Positions 1-13,610 are shown, counted from the first letter of the whole stretch. The stretch: DNA of 62,060 bases, filler included, from Choristocarpus tenellus KU-1152 (GCA_964200185.2; 12 parts of 12 records of this genome joined end to end with filler, not necessarily neighbours in it), one strand, 5' to 3'. The notes: generated by a model not told the origin, from the letters alone. Made by a program: numbers and translations.

Positions 1-1346
1 TGACCACCTGTGCCTACCGAGACGTCACCCCCCCCCCTCCCTTCTACCTGCACTTACTGATGCTCTGTCAAATCGCTCCCCTCCTCATCTATCTCTGCGG
101 CAGTACTTGAAAAAATCAGGACAAGCAAAAATAATTAAAAAAATGCTTTGCACCTGTTGGCAGGAACAGTCCTGTTACGGAAAGGTCAAGAGATCAGATC
201 ACCGTGCAATTCAGGGCACAACAACGGCATCGCCCAGTCAGCCTGCCTGCCTGCCTGCTTGCCTCTCACAGCAATCTTTGTGCTTAGTGGCCCCAACAAT
301 CACTTGTCCATACAGAGCATATGCAAAATACGCAAGAGGTGCTCCATCCCTAACCCTAACAAGGAGGTCCCCATGCAGAATGATTAAAGGCTTTGCTCTG
401 CTCTGCAGTAAAGAAGGTGCTATTAGGGTGAGTTCCCTAGGGGTACAGTTCAGTGGTTTCCTTGGACTATGCTGCAGGTGGATCCTCACAAAGTTCTGAC
501 CATCTGGACAATACCAGTCCCTTCCAAATCTGAAGGAATCCGGAAAAAAAACATTGCAAAATAGAGATGGGAAAACAGCCCTTACCTTTTTGCTCACATT
601 CCCACACTCTCTAGGTCCAATATCTACGAGAAAGTCATTGCCTCATACCAAAACCCTCTCACCAGTATCAACCCTCTGCCCCCAAATCGTCTCCCTTGGT
701 CAAACCGAACCCAGGTTTCTACCAACACCATAAAAATAGGGCCCAATTCTCCAGCTCTATACAAAACCCTAACTTTGATCAAGGGGGGGGGGTCAGGACC
801 AACTCAATTTAGGGTGCGAGTGTGCACAGGAGGCAATGCTTTTAAAGTGCATTAAAGGTAAGGTACCGAGAAAGACGCCAATGTATGGCAAACCCTTGAC
901 AAACAAAGTGAACACACAAAACAAAAATGTTTGTGAATATACCGTACCATAGACTAGTCCGATTCTGATGGTGCACTCTAGTGTTATGGTTGCCAATCGT
1001 GTGCAGGCGAAAGTTGAGGGCTGTAGTTATGCTCAAAGCGACAAACGCCTGCTTGTTGGTAAGCGTTTGGGCTGTAGTTATGCTCATGCCGCCGAGTATC
1101 TTACTAACTCATATACCCGTAGGGAGTCCTCACTTTTCACATACACACCAACACAGCCACAGCAAATGCCTACCCAAGATTACAGCCACAAAGCCTTCAC
1201 GGCAAGAGAGAGAGAGAGAGAGAGAGAGAGTCGTATGGTAGCGCTGTCAAATACCTTTAATTGCCATTAGATGATACCTTTAATCACCATCATGTATGGC
1301 ACCTACTACAACACGATTGCTCATTCAAAGGCATGCATTTTCTCAC

Positions 1347-3389
1347 CAGCAGTTTGTTGTCTTCACCAATACTGGAAAGGTACCGCCCAATAGGATCCCA
1401 CGCCACTCCCTAGAAAAAAACACCCAGAGTTTTTGTACCGTATGAGTAAAGATGGGAGGGAAGGGAAGGCGATGAAAGAAGGCGAGTTGAAGTAGTAGTA
1501 GTTCATGATGCACCAGGCTTTAAAGCTAGGAGGTGATTCACAACAGAAGTTCTTGGTTCACACAAAACAGCACTTTCTGGTGCGCCAAAAAGGAGGAAAA
1601 AGTAAAATCGTAAAAGACAAGCTGACAACAACAGCGTTTCAATAGTCGGTGCAGGGCTAGTCCAAACTATAGCCGGTAACTTCCAGCAAAAGAGACTAAG
1701 TTAAGCCCCTGACATTCTCACCAAGACTACATGGAGAAACAGCTGTAAGCCTGGGCAGCAGCTACCTCCAGGTGCATGAACCAGTCTAGAGCACAGTGGG
1801 CATCCTGTTCCAAAGCAACATACAAGAGATAGTATTCTGCCTACACATACCAGACCCTTTTTCCATCTGAGAGGAAGGTTCTTCCACCCACCTTGACCCA
1901 GCTGGTGTGTCCCTTGAGAATTCGGAATGGGTTCAACATAGTCCCTACAGCTCCTCGGCTCTCCCCCCATCCACTGCCCTGACCCACATCCCCTGGAGCA
2001 GGCACCTTCCAGACCATGACGTTGTTATCGATGCTGCAAGAGGCCAACAAGGAGCCACGTGGTGACCTGCATCACCAAAGTACAGGTGAGGGTTAGAGTT
2101 AGACTCAATTAGAAGAAGAACATCACTAATTGCCCCAAACAGAGATCACCTGTACTCTGCAAATGATAGGTAGGCAAGGAACGCAATACATGTAACAACT
2201 GCAAAACAAAAAATCCACGGACAGTAACTGGTCTTCACCAAAGTGAATTGTATGCAATTACCTAGAGACTAGGGGATGTCTTCACTTCCAACTTGAAATA
2301 GAATTTGCAACTGCTACATGATGCTCTATGGAGTGCAGCAAGAAACACCTCGAATCCTTATGGGGGAGAAGCGGTTACATCTGCAAGTTAGACATTAGAA
2401 ATTGCAATTGTTATAAACTTTGAAGTGCTAAGGATACTGTACTCCTGTCTGGTCCTTGTCATTTCACATCTCAATATAGATGAGAAGATTGAGAGATAAA
2501 CGACTTTAGGAGTGGACTGAAAACTGTAGTAGATATGTGGTGGGGCGACAGCTGTATCACATTTTCAAGGGGGGGAAACAGCACAAACTACAGCGTCAAC
2601 AACACCAACAACATGATCCTAGTCTGAATGGATGTTGAAGTCATACCATCATTGTTGGCTTATTGTTTTGATGAACAATGTCGTCAGTTGATGTCACAAA
2701 ACGGGGAGTACTGGATGTTCAAAGAAAGAAGTATCATAGTGTTTGAAAATAATTGCAAAACAAGTGGATGTCCAATGGCGATCTTAATGTCAATATTTTA
2801 TGGGCTACATGGAGGAGTGGTGCCATCAAAATGTGATAGGTCAATTCTGCGGCGAATTTGCTCACATGGAGGCGCCCCAAAACCATGGGCGCACAAAACG
2901 GACACATGCAATTTACTCCCCGACACTGCCGACTCACCAAGCACAGTCTAGAACATCCATGGTATGCCCTCGTAAGGTCCAGACCCGCGTCCAGTTCTCT
3001 TTGTTGGGTGCATCATGTGATCCAAAGGGTGCTGAAGACGCTGCCCCTTGTCGCAGTTCCCATACAAGCAAAAAATTGTCGTCTGACCCCGACGCAAGAT
3101 ATCTACCGTCAGGACTCCACCGCACGCACTGAACACTACCCGTGTGCTGTGAAAGAACTGCAAGAACAGAAAGATCTTCATCCTTAGGAGAGTAGTCGGG
3201 AGTGTCTACTGTTGTGACTCTCGCACTGACTGGCTTTGAGAAAGCACTCATAGACCATATCTTCACTTTGTAATCTCCTCCACCAGTGGCGAATCTTGAT
3301 CCATCTGGGTGTACATCGACAGAGTAAATGACCGAGAGTTCACCCCTCTCGCCAAAGTGCCCCACCGATAAGGGCTTGTCTAGCAACAT
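1347..3389 (-). CDS. HIRA: Histone chaperone HIRA (WD40), 5' part; exons 3389-2938, 2066-1892, 1409-1347; later exons not confidently located
   Basis: N-terminus MLLDKP..V.H..IYSVDVHPDGSRFATGGGD.KVKIW, then VQCVRWSPDGRYLASGSDD, ENW...LRGHTMDVLDCAWSP, LKGHTSWVKGVAWDPIGRYLSS. GT-AG sites join in phase (Trp codon split TG|G). Confidence 0.93.
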
Positions 3390-3760
3390 CGTCGAGATAT
3401 GGTTTTTGGTCGAGTTGGTGAAGAGATAGCTCTTCTCTCTTTTCTATTTGAAAAGCTCGTGTTTCTTCGAGGACAGAGCCCCAACGCATTGGCCACCAAT
3501 GATTAATGCCCGTAGTCGGTGACCTTGTACTATTAAGACCCCCTAAAACACTACAATCCTCCTTCTGAGCGTGAACTGTTGAACAGTATGTCCCAGGAAT
3601 CCGTAAAGTGAATTGAAAGATAGAGAATATAAAGCCTCCAAACAATGAACACCTAGTGCAACAAACAAGCAAGAATATGTATAGAAAACCATTTGAAATT
3701 GAATTTATTCAGAGGATGTGTAGGTTTGGTTCCAAGAGAGACTTGACCACAGGGAGAGGT
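3390..3760. promoter_or_regulatory. Probable bidirectional promoter/5'UTR region between divergent HIRA and DusA
   Basis: The start codons at 3389 (-) and 3761 (+) are separated by only 371 bp on the same contig. Confidence 0.55.
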
Positions 3761-6056
3761 ATGGGTGCCAGTACTATCATAGTGCTTATGGCCACAATCC
3801 ATGCTGCGCGTTCTTTTTCCACCTCTCCGCGGCTAACAACGAAAGTGTCGTTTCGGACGCAAGGTTACAACCCTCACTATGGTTGTCTCCGGATGTACAT
3901 GTCTTCTGATGGTCTAGCTCCTGTCCCAGTGACTTCGGGACGAGCGAGTTCCCTTGGCAGAGGAAATGAGGTGTGCATGTTCCTCTCTAAGCTGCAGTAT
4001 GAGTTTGGGTATAAGATGCCTTCCATGGCCCATGATACCTATGTTTAGTAGTGCCTGTGGACTCAAGTGTCAATCGGGATGACATCCGGTCCACTACTCC
4101 ACACTTTTTTTCTGTGGCAGGTGTTTTCTCTTGCCCCGATGATGGATTACACGGACAAGCACATGCGCTTCATGCTGCGCCTCATTACGAAACGGACGAT
4201 CATGTGGACGGAAATGTTGGCTGCTGGCACTTTGGTCCACAATGACAACCTGGAGAGATTCTTGGCATATAACGACGTGGAACACCCTGTTGTCTTGCAG
4301 GTGTTGATATCATTATGGAAACCGAGCTGTCTAAATGTAGTTATGCACAGCTTTTGGGATGACTCGTGGGCGCTACAGTTTCCCTCCATGACAAGAATTC
4401 TTGATCATTCGGTCCAACCTGTGAAATGCACGACTGAGTACTCTATTTTGTTGCTATGATCTGCTGTAGTTGCAAGTAAATCAGTTGAGAAAACTCTTCC
4501 TAAGCGGGTCACCTCATATTTGCAGACCTTTTCACAGTCGAAGGATGAACACCAAGCAATACTATTGTTTCATCTCTGTTAAAAATGCTTTAGGCTTGCA
4601 TGCTATGGAGGTAGGCACCATCAATTAACATATCTACAAGACCTCATTATCCCGGTAAGACCTCCACCCATTACGAAATCTTTCTTCAATGGGGACATAA
4701 GGATAAAAGTGTTGTTCCATTTGACTCGGGCGAGCTTGAGTCGGACGCAGTTATCCCACCCTTCTCCCAACCGTACGTACGCTGTATCTCGTCAGATTGG
4801 TGGTTCAAGCCCTGATGATGTGCGCGAGGCGTGTCGTAAGGCCCGACCATACGGGTACGACGCTTTCAACCTAAACTGCGGGTGTCCAAGTGAGAAGGTA
4901 GCGGGTAAGGGCTGTTTCGGGGCAGCACTGATGCGAGAGCCAGGGCTGGTTTCAGATCTGTGCAATGCCATGCAGGAGGGAAGTGGGGGAGAAGTTCCAG
5001 TAACCGTGAAGTGTCGAATAGGAGTGGACAATGACGACTCCTATGAGCAGTTGGCTGCTTTCATAGATGAGGTGAAATTCCAATGTTTGAGTCCCCTGTA
5101 CCTCAGAAGATTCTGTGTGGTGTCACATACTTGAGATATGAGTGATTGGATAGTGGTTCGCCTTGGGCAAGCTCATTCTTGCATGTTTGTTAATTAGCCG
5201 AACCTGAAGGTCCGCAATACTGTATGCTTTGGAAGGCGGCTGAACTCCCCTTGTACCTCTCTTATTTGGCTGTTACTCACCTGTAGGGAACACATTCAGG
5301 AGAGGAAGTACAGTGTGCGAACATACTCACAGAATATCTCGCATTCCCCTTGGATCCAAAAGTTACATTTAAGAGGTGTGATAGGTAACATATATCCCCT
5401 TCACCCAGGTACATCGAAAGGCAGGGACGGAGCACTTTATTATCCATGCTCGGAAGGCCATACTCAAGGGCCTGAGTCCGGACCAGAACAGGAAAATACC
5501 GCCACTTAAATACAATTATGTGTACCGCCTGGTTGAGGACTTCCCTAGCATTGATTTCACCCTCAACGGAGGCGTCAACACCTACGAGGAGGTGAGAGAA
5601 TTGTTGCAAAAACAAAGTGAAAAACAGTATTTCGACGACAAGTAGATACCTTCAAGGCCACCTGAGGATGCTCCCACGCAAACCCTGACTTATTGCTCAA
5701 TAGGTAGAGTCCAAGAAAGACAGTGATCAACTGCTCCCAATTCCTATTCTTGACCCAAAGATAGACAAAAGTTTTTTTTTTTCTGCCACAGCACAGTCGA
5801 AACACCAAAAGCATTGATCTAAACCCTCCCTACCCTAAATATATACCATATGCCAGTGCATGACTTCCTTCACACAAGCCTTTTCCCCATCATTTACGTT
5901 TGAGCAACCAATGAATAGACAATCACCCCCTCATACTCATGCCAGGCTTTGTCCTGCTTGGAAAATGGCGCTCATGGGGTCATGGTAGGTAGGGGCTTCA
6001 TGAATCAGCCGTGGTACTGGGCTCAAGCTGACACTAAGCTGTTTGGTGAACCAGAG
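3761..6056 (+). CDS. dusA: tRNA-dihydrouridine(20/20a) synthase, DusA-type, with putative plastid presequence; exons 3761-3970, 4121-4300, 4796-5071, 5409-5591, 5946-~6056; 3' end not seen before contig end
   Basis: Motifs LAPMMDYTD.H.R, TEM, EHPVVLQIGGS, NLNCGCPS.KV...FGAALM, PVTVKCRIGVD, FIIHARKAILKGLSP.QNR.IPPLKY, NGGV, GVMVGR. The first four introns are phase 0 with GT-AG. Confidence 0.93.
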
Positions 6057-6591
6057 GCGAGATGGGATGGGTTGGCAGCTGCTCTGTTATGCACTTCATT
6101 ATTATTATTATTACTACTACTACTGTTTTTTGTTTGGGTGTGCTGGGAGTTGGAAGGGAGTGTGAATTTCATACTTGAAGAAGTCAAACGTGATTAAAGT
6201 GATGCATGTGCGTCTGTTCATGGAGATCATTTCTACACCAACAGAAGGTACCAACAGGAGTGCTTTGAGTATCCGGCTTGTGTAAACTGTGTCCCTTTTC
6301 CACGGCGACCCAGTGGCAACAAGATCCTACCGTTGGAGTCATGCAAGAAAATCTTGCTCTCTCTCAAATCCCTCTTGTCTTTGTCATTTTCAAGGTACCT
6401 ACAGGCAAGCAGTGTTTTCCCACGACCATTTGAGTGCAAAGCCATGAAATTTCCTTTTTGGTAGATGATCCTCTGCTGTCCACTCTGTTCCATGTACTTG
6501 ACTATTCCTCTCTTTTTCACTCAATATTTCAACACTAGAAACATGATAAGTCCTACAGCATACTCTCCCCCCTCAATGTGCCTTCCCCCCC

Positions 6592-6691
6592 NNNNNNNNN
6601 NNNNNNNNNNNNNNNNNNNNNNNNNNNNNNNNNNNTTAATTAATTAANNNNNNNNNNNNNNNNNNNNNNNNNNNNNNNNNNNNNNNNNNNN
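6592..6691. other. Artificial contig linker N44-TTAATTAATTAA-N44; identical linkers at 13858-13957, 17810-17909, 22746-22845, 29436-29535, 32428-32527, 40519-40618, 47515-47614, 50150-50249, 55139-55238, 58435-58534
   Basis: Each is exactly 100 bp, and the central 12-mer puts stop codons in all six frames. A separate 10-N gap lies at 48350-48359. Confidence 0.99.
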
Positions 6692-7562
6692 TGAAGAGCT
6701 TGGATTGACAAGGAAAGGTGGGGTTGGTTTGGAATCTAACCTCGCATATACCAGCAAGATGAAACTGGACACTAACCACACACACTCGAGATTGTGATTT
6801 GATATATGGAACAAACTTCAACCGCAAGTCTCCAGTTTATAGGTCGTGAAATTTATCCTAGATACATCAAATAAGCACTCCACAACAACTGTCTGTACCG
6901 CGGACCTATTGGCATGCACTTTGCTCCAATACACAATGTGCGATTTCGACAGGTGGTTGGACTGGTAGGGAAACCAAACCGATACACGTCAAGCACCAGA
7001 AGCAACTTTCATTTTAGGAGGTGCAGAAAGACACGTACAGAAGAGACATGAAGCCACCACTATCAATACTAATACAATAACTACTGTTCACTCTCGCCTC
7101 TGTGAGGTGGTCCACTCACCTCGCTAAATACTGTCCTTACTATTCATGAGTACTCGCCTTTTCCGTTGTTTGTTTTTATTTCTAGACGATTGAATATTGA
7201 TAATGAGAACTAGAGTCCTCCACTCTACAAACTACCATTTATTAAAGTACAATTAGTAGTAGTAGTTGCACTACACAATACTTAAAACATCTCCAAGTTG
7301 GGACAAGCATTATTCAGAGTAGTACTCCCTTGTTTGTTGAATTTCGCTCGTACCAGAAAAATCAGTGTACGTAACTACAGTCGTCCTGGCATCGACCTAC
7401 TCTGCAAACAAACGAACATGAAGAAACGAGACAGAACGTATTTATTATTTTTACCATGTCAGGGACAGGTCCCCTTTTGGGGGGGATCTCCCAACATGAA
7501 GGATACTGCACGTGGTCGTATACATTTGCGCGCGCCACTTTTCCCCATTAAACCCATTCCAA

Positions 7563-7781
7563 GTGATGTGGCTTGGGAAGCAACACACAACCTACTTGCA
7601 GTAACTCCGACATGAACTTTGCATTCAAACCAGAAAGCCCGAGATTATGTTTTCTGTTCTAACTGGTCACAACCAATCACCGTGGAGATTGTTCTACATA
7701 CCACTATAAGTTGGTCAACTACAACCAGCATGCCTCAGTCTATCTCTAGTGGTTCTCATCACCCCCTATCACACAGAACCA
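7563..7781 (+). repeat. Diverged interspersed repeat (second copy ~14188-14418)
   Basis: The blocks gtaac(t/c)ccgacatgaac, ttctgttct(a/g)actggtcacaaccaatc and tggttct(c/g)atcaccccc occur in the same order on two contigs. Confidence 0.75.
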
Positions 7782-9742
7782 GCTTGCAAAACAAGCATAT
7801 TATGTCCAAAGAATGTGCCTCGCTACACATAGTCCATATATATACTAGACACGAACATACCCATGTAGAACGCTTACTATGTAGACTTTTTCTACATGGA
7901 TGGGGCAATGCTTTAGTGGTTGGCCAAGAACACGTATCGTATAGTAACAACCATTGTTTTGTTTGGCATGGTGATGAATGCTCGACAGAGTGGGGACATT
8001 CAAAGGCCATGGTCAACCCCATTTTTCAGGGCAATCCAATCACATCATCACCAACTTTGAAAGTAGCTATTCCACTAGAAGATATTTATCAAAACAGATA
8101 TATCTGGTAGTAATACCTTCAGATTTTTGGTTGGCAAGTGCAGAGTATAAAAAAGAATAATACTTCAAATACGTGTGGTTATTTGTCACCCTTGGTATGC
8201 AAGAGTCCATTGTTTAGGAAACTGGTTCAACCCTGCCCTGGATGAGGGCAGGTCTATTTCATCCTTCATTCAATAAATATGTGATTGATTAGTCACATAC
8301 TTCCTTGGATAAATATTATGCTCAAACTTCCTACTTTGCAGTTGTGGTATCAGTAAAAGTGTAGCCACATGAAACACCTTACCATGCAACACCATTTAAA
8401 CATGCTAGATTTGAAAACAGACACAAACCAATAGAAATAACATGTTTCTACAATGATTTCCTACCACATGCAACATACAAAAGAGAAAGCAAGAAATACA
8501 ATTAGGTGCCATCAGGCATTGGGACCTCCATAGCGCTCAAAACTCGGTTTGGAGCTCTTACTAACCACACACACAGAACACAGGAAGTGTAACGACTTCA
8601 ACATAAAGACCGATGAGCACAGCAAGCAAAAAAAGCTTTCGCAAGAACCCAACCAATACACATCATTGCATATAATAGTAGAGTCTCCAAGCAACCGCCA
8701 TAGCTTACTCAAAACATCATCTTTGCCAGACCCTTCTCAATCTGACTGTGACACTTCATAGCGCTGAGAATTGGAAGCAAGCCTAGGGAAGGATACAGGA
8801 AGTAATAATTTGTACACAGTCAAGGCCTTCAAAAATCCACAGTTTATATAGCCTTCATCACCTAGCCCTCAATGTGTAAACTTCTGAAGAGATTGCAATT
8901 GCCCAAGTGGCCTAATATGATCATACACCCCTCCGCCCAGACAATCTATGCAGCCTCTGTTGAACGCTTGGTTAATGTGAAAATGGTGATGGTAGTATTA
9001 CAACCATTGACCCGCACCATTTCTGCTCCTCCAGCACTTACTCAAATCAAACATATCCCACAATAGAAACTCATCCTGATGCAGAGGTCCATTTCTGCAT
9101 TAATTGAGCATTGTATGGACTCATGCAAAAAACAGGAACTTGGATGGGCCTGGTATACTAGGAATGCGTGACTAATACGACACCCTGCCCCTGCATCCAG
9201 GACAAGCCTCTGAGGGGGGCGGGGGGTAGGGGGAGCACACAAGTAACATGCATTTTCAAACAAATAATAAAATCGGAAAAGCAAGCATGTAGCCACCAAA
9301 TGGACTACAAAACTGTTTTGAGTGTTCTCCTGCATATCGTTTAGCCCTCCTCATTCAAGCAATATGAAGTGAGTGATTGTACATGTGTATCCATGGCAAT
9401 CACACTGAGCAACTAATAACTACCCCATTGTGTCATTAAAACAGAAGTAATTAGTGATAAGACTTGAAAAAAAGGGTGAGGAATCAATCAAGCTGCTTAC
9501 TCCTTTGAGAATTCGAGATCTCGTTGAATACAAATCCAACGAAATAGTCAAGACAGCACTGCACATATATGCCCTTGACACACAACATAAAACATTGGAC
9601 AAATGAAACTTCAATATTAGATTACACAAAACAATAATCAACACTCTTGGACTCAGCTAAAATGCTGTGGGCTATGATATCCCATTTTGTATGTTCATGA
9701 ATTAGAATCGAAGCAATTAGCTCCTGTGCCCTGCTCAGTGAG

Positions 9743-11834
9743 CTATTGCTCTCTGCCAAACTCATCAGCAATTTCAGTGCGTTGCAAGAGAGTATTGAGT
9801 GACACCTCCACCTGACTGAACCGGCTTGGTCCAGCTGGCATGTCCTCTACCCTGCAATGTACAACAAAGGTAATTGCCAAGGCGGGGAGGGGGTTGGCAA
9901 GGATGATGCTAATATATAAATCTCACAAATTGATGAAACTTTTGGAAAGTGAAACAATGCTCTTCAGTGTTGCCCTTGATCTATGACAGCAAACATGCAG
10001 CCTAAGGAAATAATAGAAGATGACCCTCAAGAAATGCAAAAGTGTGCATCATGACACTGTCAGCTACTAGTAGGAAATTAGGTGTACCCAAAGACAAGAT
10101 AAATTAAAAGAGGAAGGGGAAAATAAGTAGCAGCAAAAATGAACGACAAAGAACGTTCATAGTTCCCCCAGTGCACCAGCATAATGCACCCCACAAGAAA
10201 CGGTGGACCAGACAAGCATTAAAAACATGCACTTATTTATAATCTTGAAGTGTAATAGATATTGCCACCCACCAAAAAGTGCTGTAATGACCACTGCACT
10301 GTCGTATTACTAGGAGAAAAAGTGGACAACACCAAACCATTTACTGCAATGAGCATGAGTGTGGCAGGTAGACTACATGTTCAACAGAATCGACTGTACA
10401 TGACACGAAGGTGCTTCTTGTTCATCACCGCCCACAGCGAGATTAAGTAAGAGTTAACATTACCTAATAATATTTGTCAACCAAATCATTCATGATACGT
10501 GAAGGCAAAATTTCCTAGGGCTGCACAAAAATTCTAACCTGCTTTGCTTTGCAGTAACAATGTGCTGATGACATCTCTGCTACATGTTCTTTTTATGTTT
10601 CTTACCTTCCCAATGATCCTGCATACATCTGAACAGTAGGCAGCCTCTGGATCCCTAGCTGCTTGCAGAGACTCTTATTTGTAGAAAACTGTAAACAAAT
10701 ACAGCAATCAATTGATGTAATGCATAGATAAGAGTAAGGGATAAAGCGTCAATGACAGTCATAAAGATTGGGTACTAGAACCGGATACCCTTGCTTTGCT
10801 CTCACTCTTGATGATAGGGTTCTGCCTTGACCATGTACTACAATATCTCTAAATAGTATGAGCAACTATGGCATTCTAGCATTGTGTCATCACTGAGAAA
10901 TGTCAGAAACATAGCAAAGCTTGGAAAAGCCAGGCATCTTTTCGACTTAGCCCTTCTTCCATCAGTTTTTGCTAAATGTTCTTGAGGGTAGCCATGTACG
11001 CACAAAAAAATTAGCTTGAGTGCAACAATGAGAAGACCAAGCATTATGTCTTGTAGAAATTTAAATAGAAAGTGTCATGGAAGCATAGGATGTGTCGTCC
11101 AGTCTCGCAAGCTCGTCAGACATCATCACTGTACTTGTAAATGATACTTTAATTAGTGCCAGAACAGTCGCCAGCAGGTGGTCTCACCTCCACACGGTAA
11201 AATGATGCGTCATCATTACGGTCCAACGCCATCTTCTCGAATTTGGGGTTGATTTCGTCGCAAGCGCGGCAAAACTTGTCAAAGAAGTTTACCACCACCA
11301 GCTTATTTTGACTTTGCACCATAGACGCGAGGAAATCATCGTGCGAGTTGATGGTCTGATCACAGGAGAGGGGGTACAGAACACAAGAACTGACGGAGTT
11401 TTGCATTTGGAAAGAACCAGGACTTCATCGCTTGTACAGACTATTAATCACACCCTGTGCTTACGTTGATCACGGTTGTCGATGATTGAAGGGTAAAACG
11501 TCGTTTGGTACAACCTACACCGAGAAAGGACAATTCGTTCGTCATTCATTCCTAAAATCCGATGATACTTCCCAGATGGACCGAGAGTAAGGAGATTATA
11601 AGAGTTTCCCCTTACCTTGATAGGGTATGTCGGTATAATTCCCGTAGTCGCGTCTCCCATGGGTCTTGTAGCAACCGACATGATAACCCGTCTGCTTTCA
11701 GGGGGTGTCCTCGTTGCCGAATGATGAGATGCCAATGATTGGGACAACAGGCCAGATGCAGGAGGGACGAACGCATGTACGGATGTTGCGCAGAAAAGAG
11801 CACTGATCAATCGTAGACAACCCATAACAACCAT
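9743..11834 (-). CDS. Plastid-targeted atypical thioredoxin (FCRAC), complete, ~192 aa; exons 11834-11616, 11355-11188, 10688-10606, 9851-9743
   Basis: Signal peptide ending VHA|FVP, then a Ser/Arg-rich transit peptide. Thioredoxin fold KLVVVNFFDKFCRAC...KFEKMA...FYRVE|FSTNKSLCKQLGIQRLPTVQMY. Phases consistent, stop TAG at 9745-9743. Confidence 0.88.
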
Positions 11835-12889
11835 CTTGTGGAGAGGTTGTTCTCGAGAGAAACTCTGGAAATCGATAAGATTGTACACAGGTAGAGGGAT
11901 CAACCGTCCGTTGTTTCAGCGCCCCTTTCGATATATATTTAGTTTCCACGGAAGGCTGGTAGTGGCGATGACCTATTTGCGTGTATGTCACGATACTTCA
12001 CGCTCAGACAGGCAAATGAGTGGCGAAAGGCTGTCTCTGACACACTTGACTGTCAACGTTGTTTGTGGTGAATAGAAGGGGAAGGCGTGTTTCTTGATTA
12101 TTTCGATGGTCGTTACTGGAAGTTGAAGCCTTAGATCATACTTCCAAATTCAGGTAACAAAAATGGTTCGAATACTTTCATTTCGAATCAACATTTTACG
12201 ATTTTATCTTGTTTGAGAAATCACTATTTACCATTGTCAGTGATGATCCAACTAAAATCTTACTTAATCCAACTTACATATTAACACATTCTGCAGGAAA
12301 AATGTGTTATTATTGTTGAGAAAGAACTCACTCATGTTGAATCACCTCCTCGAATACACAAGAACGAGACAAGCAGATTCTGTGTTTAGAATTCTAATAT
12401 GCTGTCAAGAGAGGAGGGGTGGGGGAGGAATGGATGAACTTAGAACAAACCAACGTACTGACAAGGTACTACAATTCGTTGTATTATAGTGTAACGATGT
12501 GAAAATATTTTCATACCTTTTTAATGAAACGACGGTGACAATAATATTGTGTTGACAATATTATATATTATTAAGATAATGGGGTAATTTCCAAGATTAA
12601 AAACGCACCATCCCCATCGAATCCAAATTGAAGTGTGGAAGAAGTTGGTACAAAATTGAACCTTCAACTTCACATGTATGTATGACATGTTTACTGATAC
12701 GAATGCATAGGGTCAACCACTCTTTTTGTTGAACGAAATTTGATCATATTATGTGGCATGGACAACAACAATGGAAAGATACACCTCGTACCTGTGTACC
12801 TTTCTCTTAATTGTTAAACCAAACTGCAGGTATGTTATCCTCCCTAGTTATTATTGATTTACTCCTCCAACTCATAAATCTGTATCGTT

Positions 12890-13610
12890 ATGGTTTTTTG
12901 GGAGTAACTTTTTCAAATGTGAGATTCAGAAAAAAAAAATGATATCGAGCGAAAGCCAACAAACTTCGGATTCCACTTCCACATATAAATCTTCATTTTT
13001 TTCATTTGGAAATGGTGAGGAACCACACTTGAACACAGGTGTTTTTTTTCGGAAATGGAAGATTTACAAAAACAGTAAAAAAGACCAAAAGTGACTGGAA
13101 ATGATGGTCAATCGGCCACAACGTCTCAACGAGACTTCCAATGAAGACGCGGTTAGTTGTGTTGGGTTCCTTGGCGTTTTTTGCATTAGATCAAGTACTC
13201 GTCACTCTAATTCTCTCCCTCAATCCACCAAGTTGTGGCCGCGTTGTATGTGCCTCTGTCAATGGGGTTCAAGGGGTTCAGAATGTCCTCAGGAGATAAT
13301 GAGAGTGGCGAGTAATTAATTTAATGCAAAAACGCCAAGGAATCCAACGCAACTAACCATGTATTCATCATAGGTTTTGTTGAGACATACGTTATGGTCG
13401 ATTGACCATCATTTCCAGCCACTTTTGGTCGATTTTGTAGTTTTGCTGAATCTGCCATTAAATATTTGTGTTCAGGGGATGGTTTCTCAACCATTTCGAA
13501 ATGAAAAATATTATATATCTCTGTGGAACTGCAATGCGAAGTTGTTGACTTTCGAACGATATTATTCGCATTTTCTGAATCCGACGCTTGAAAAAGTTAC
13601 TCGCCAAAGA
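12890..13610. mobile_element. Foldback/palindromic non-autonomous element with ~320-bp inverted arms (12890-13210 and 13300-13610)
   Basis: Blocks such as gagtaactttttcaa, gaccaaaagtg.ctggaaatgatggtcaatcg and ttccttggcgttttt are mirrored as reverse complements across a ~90-bp spacer. Confidence 0.85.

Noticed and set aside
480-530. Next HIRA exon (IWK... or DWYCPDGQ)
   Set aside because: The WD-like words fall in different frames and do not give a convincing in-frame continuation.
1018-1086. 18-bp direct repeat around a 33-bp spacer, resembling a mini-CRISPR
   Set aside because: There are only two copies, in presumed intronic DNA. A small local duplication explains it.
6465-6827. ORFs ending in XXX-LIN (also at other linkers)
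   Set aside because: These are translations of the artificial linker.
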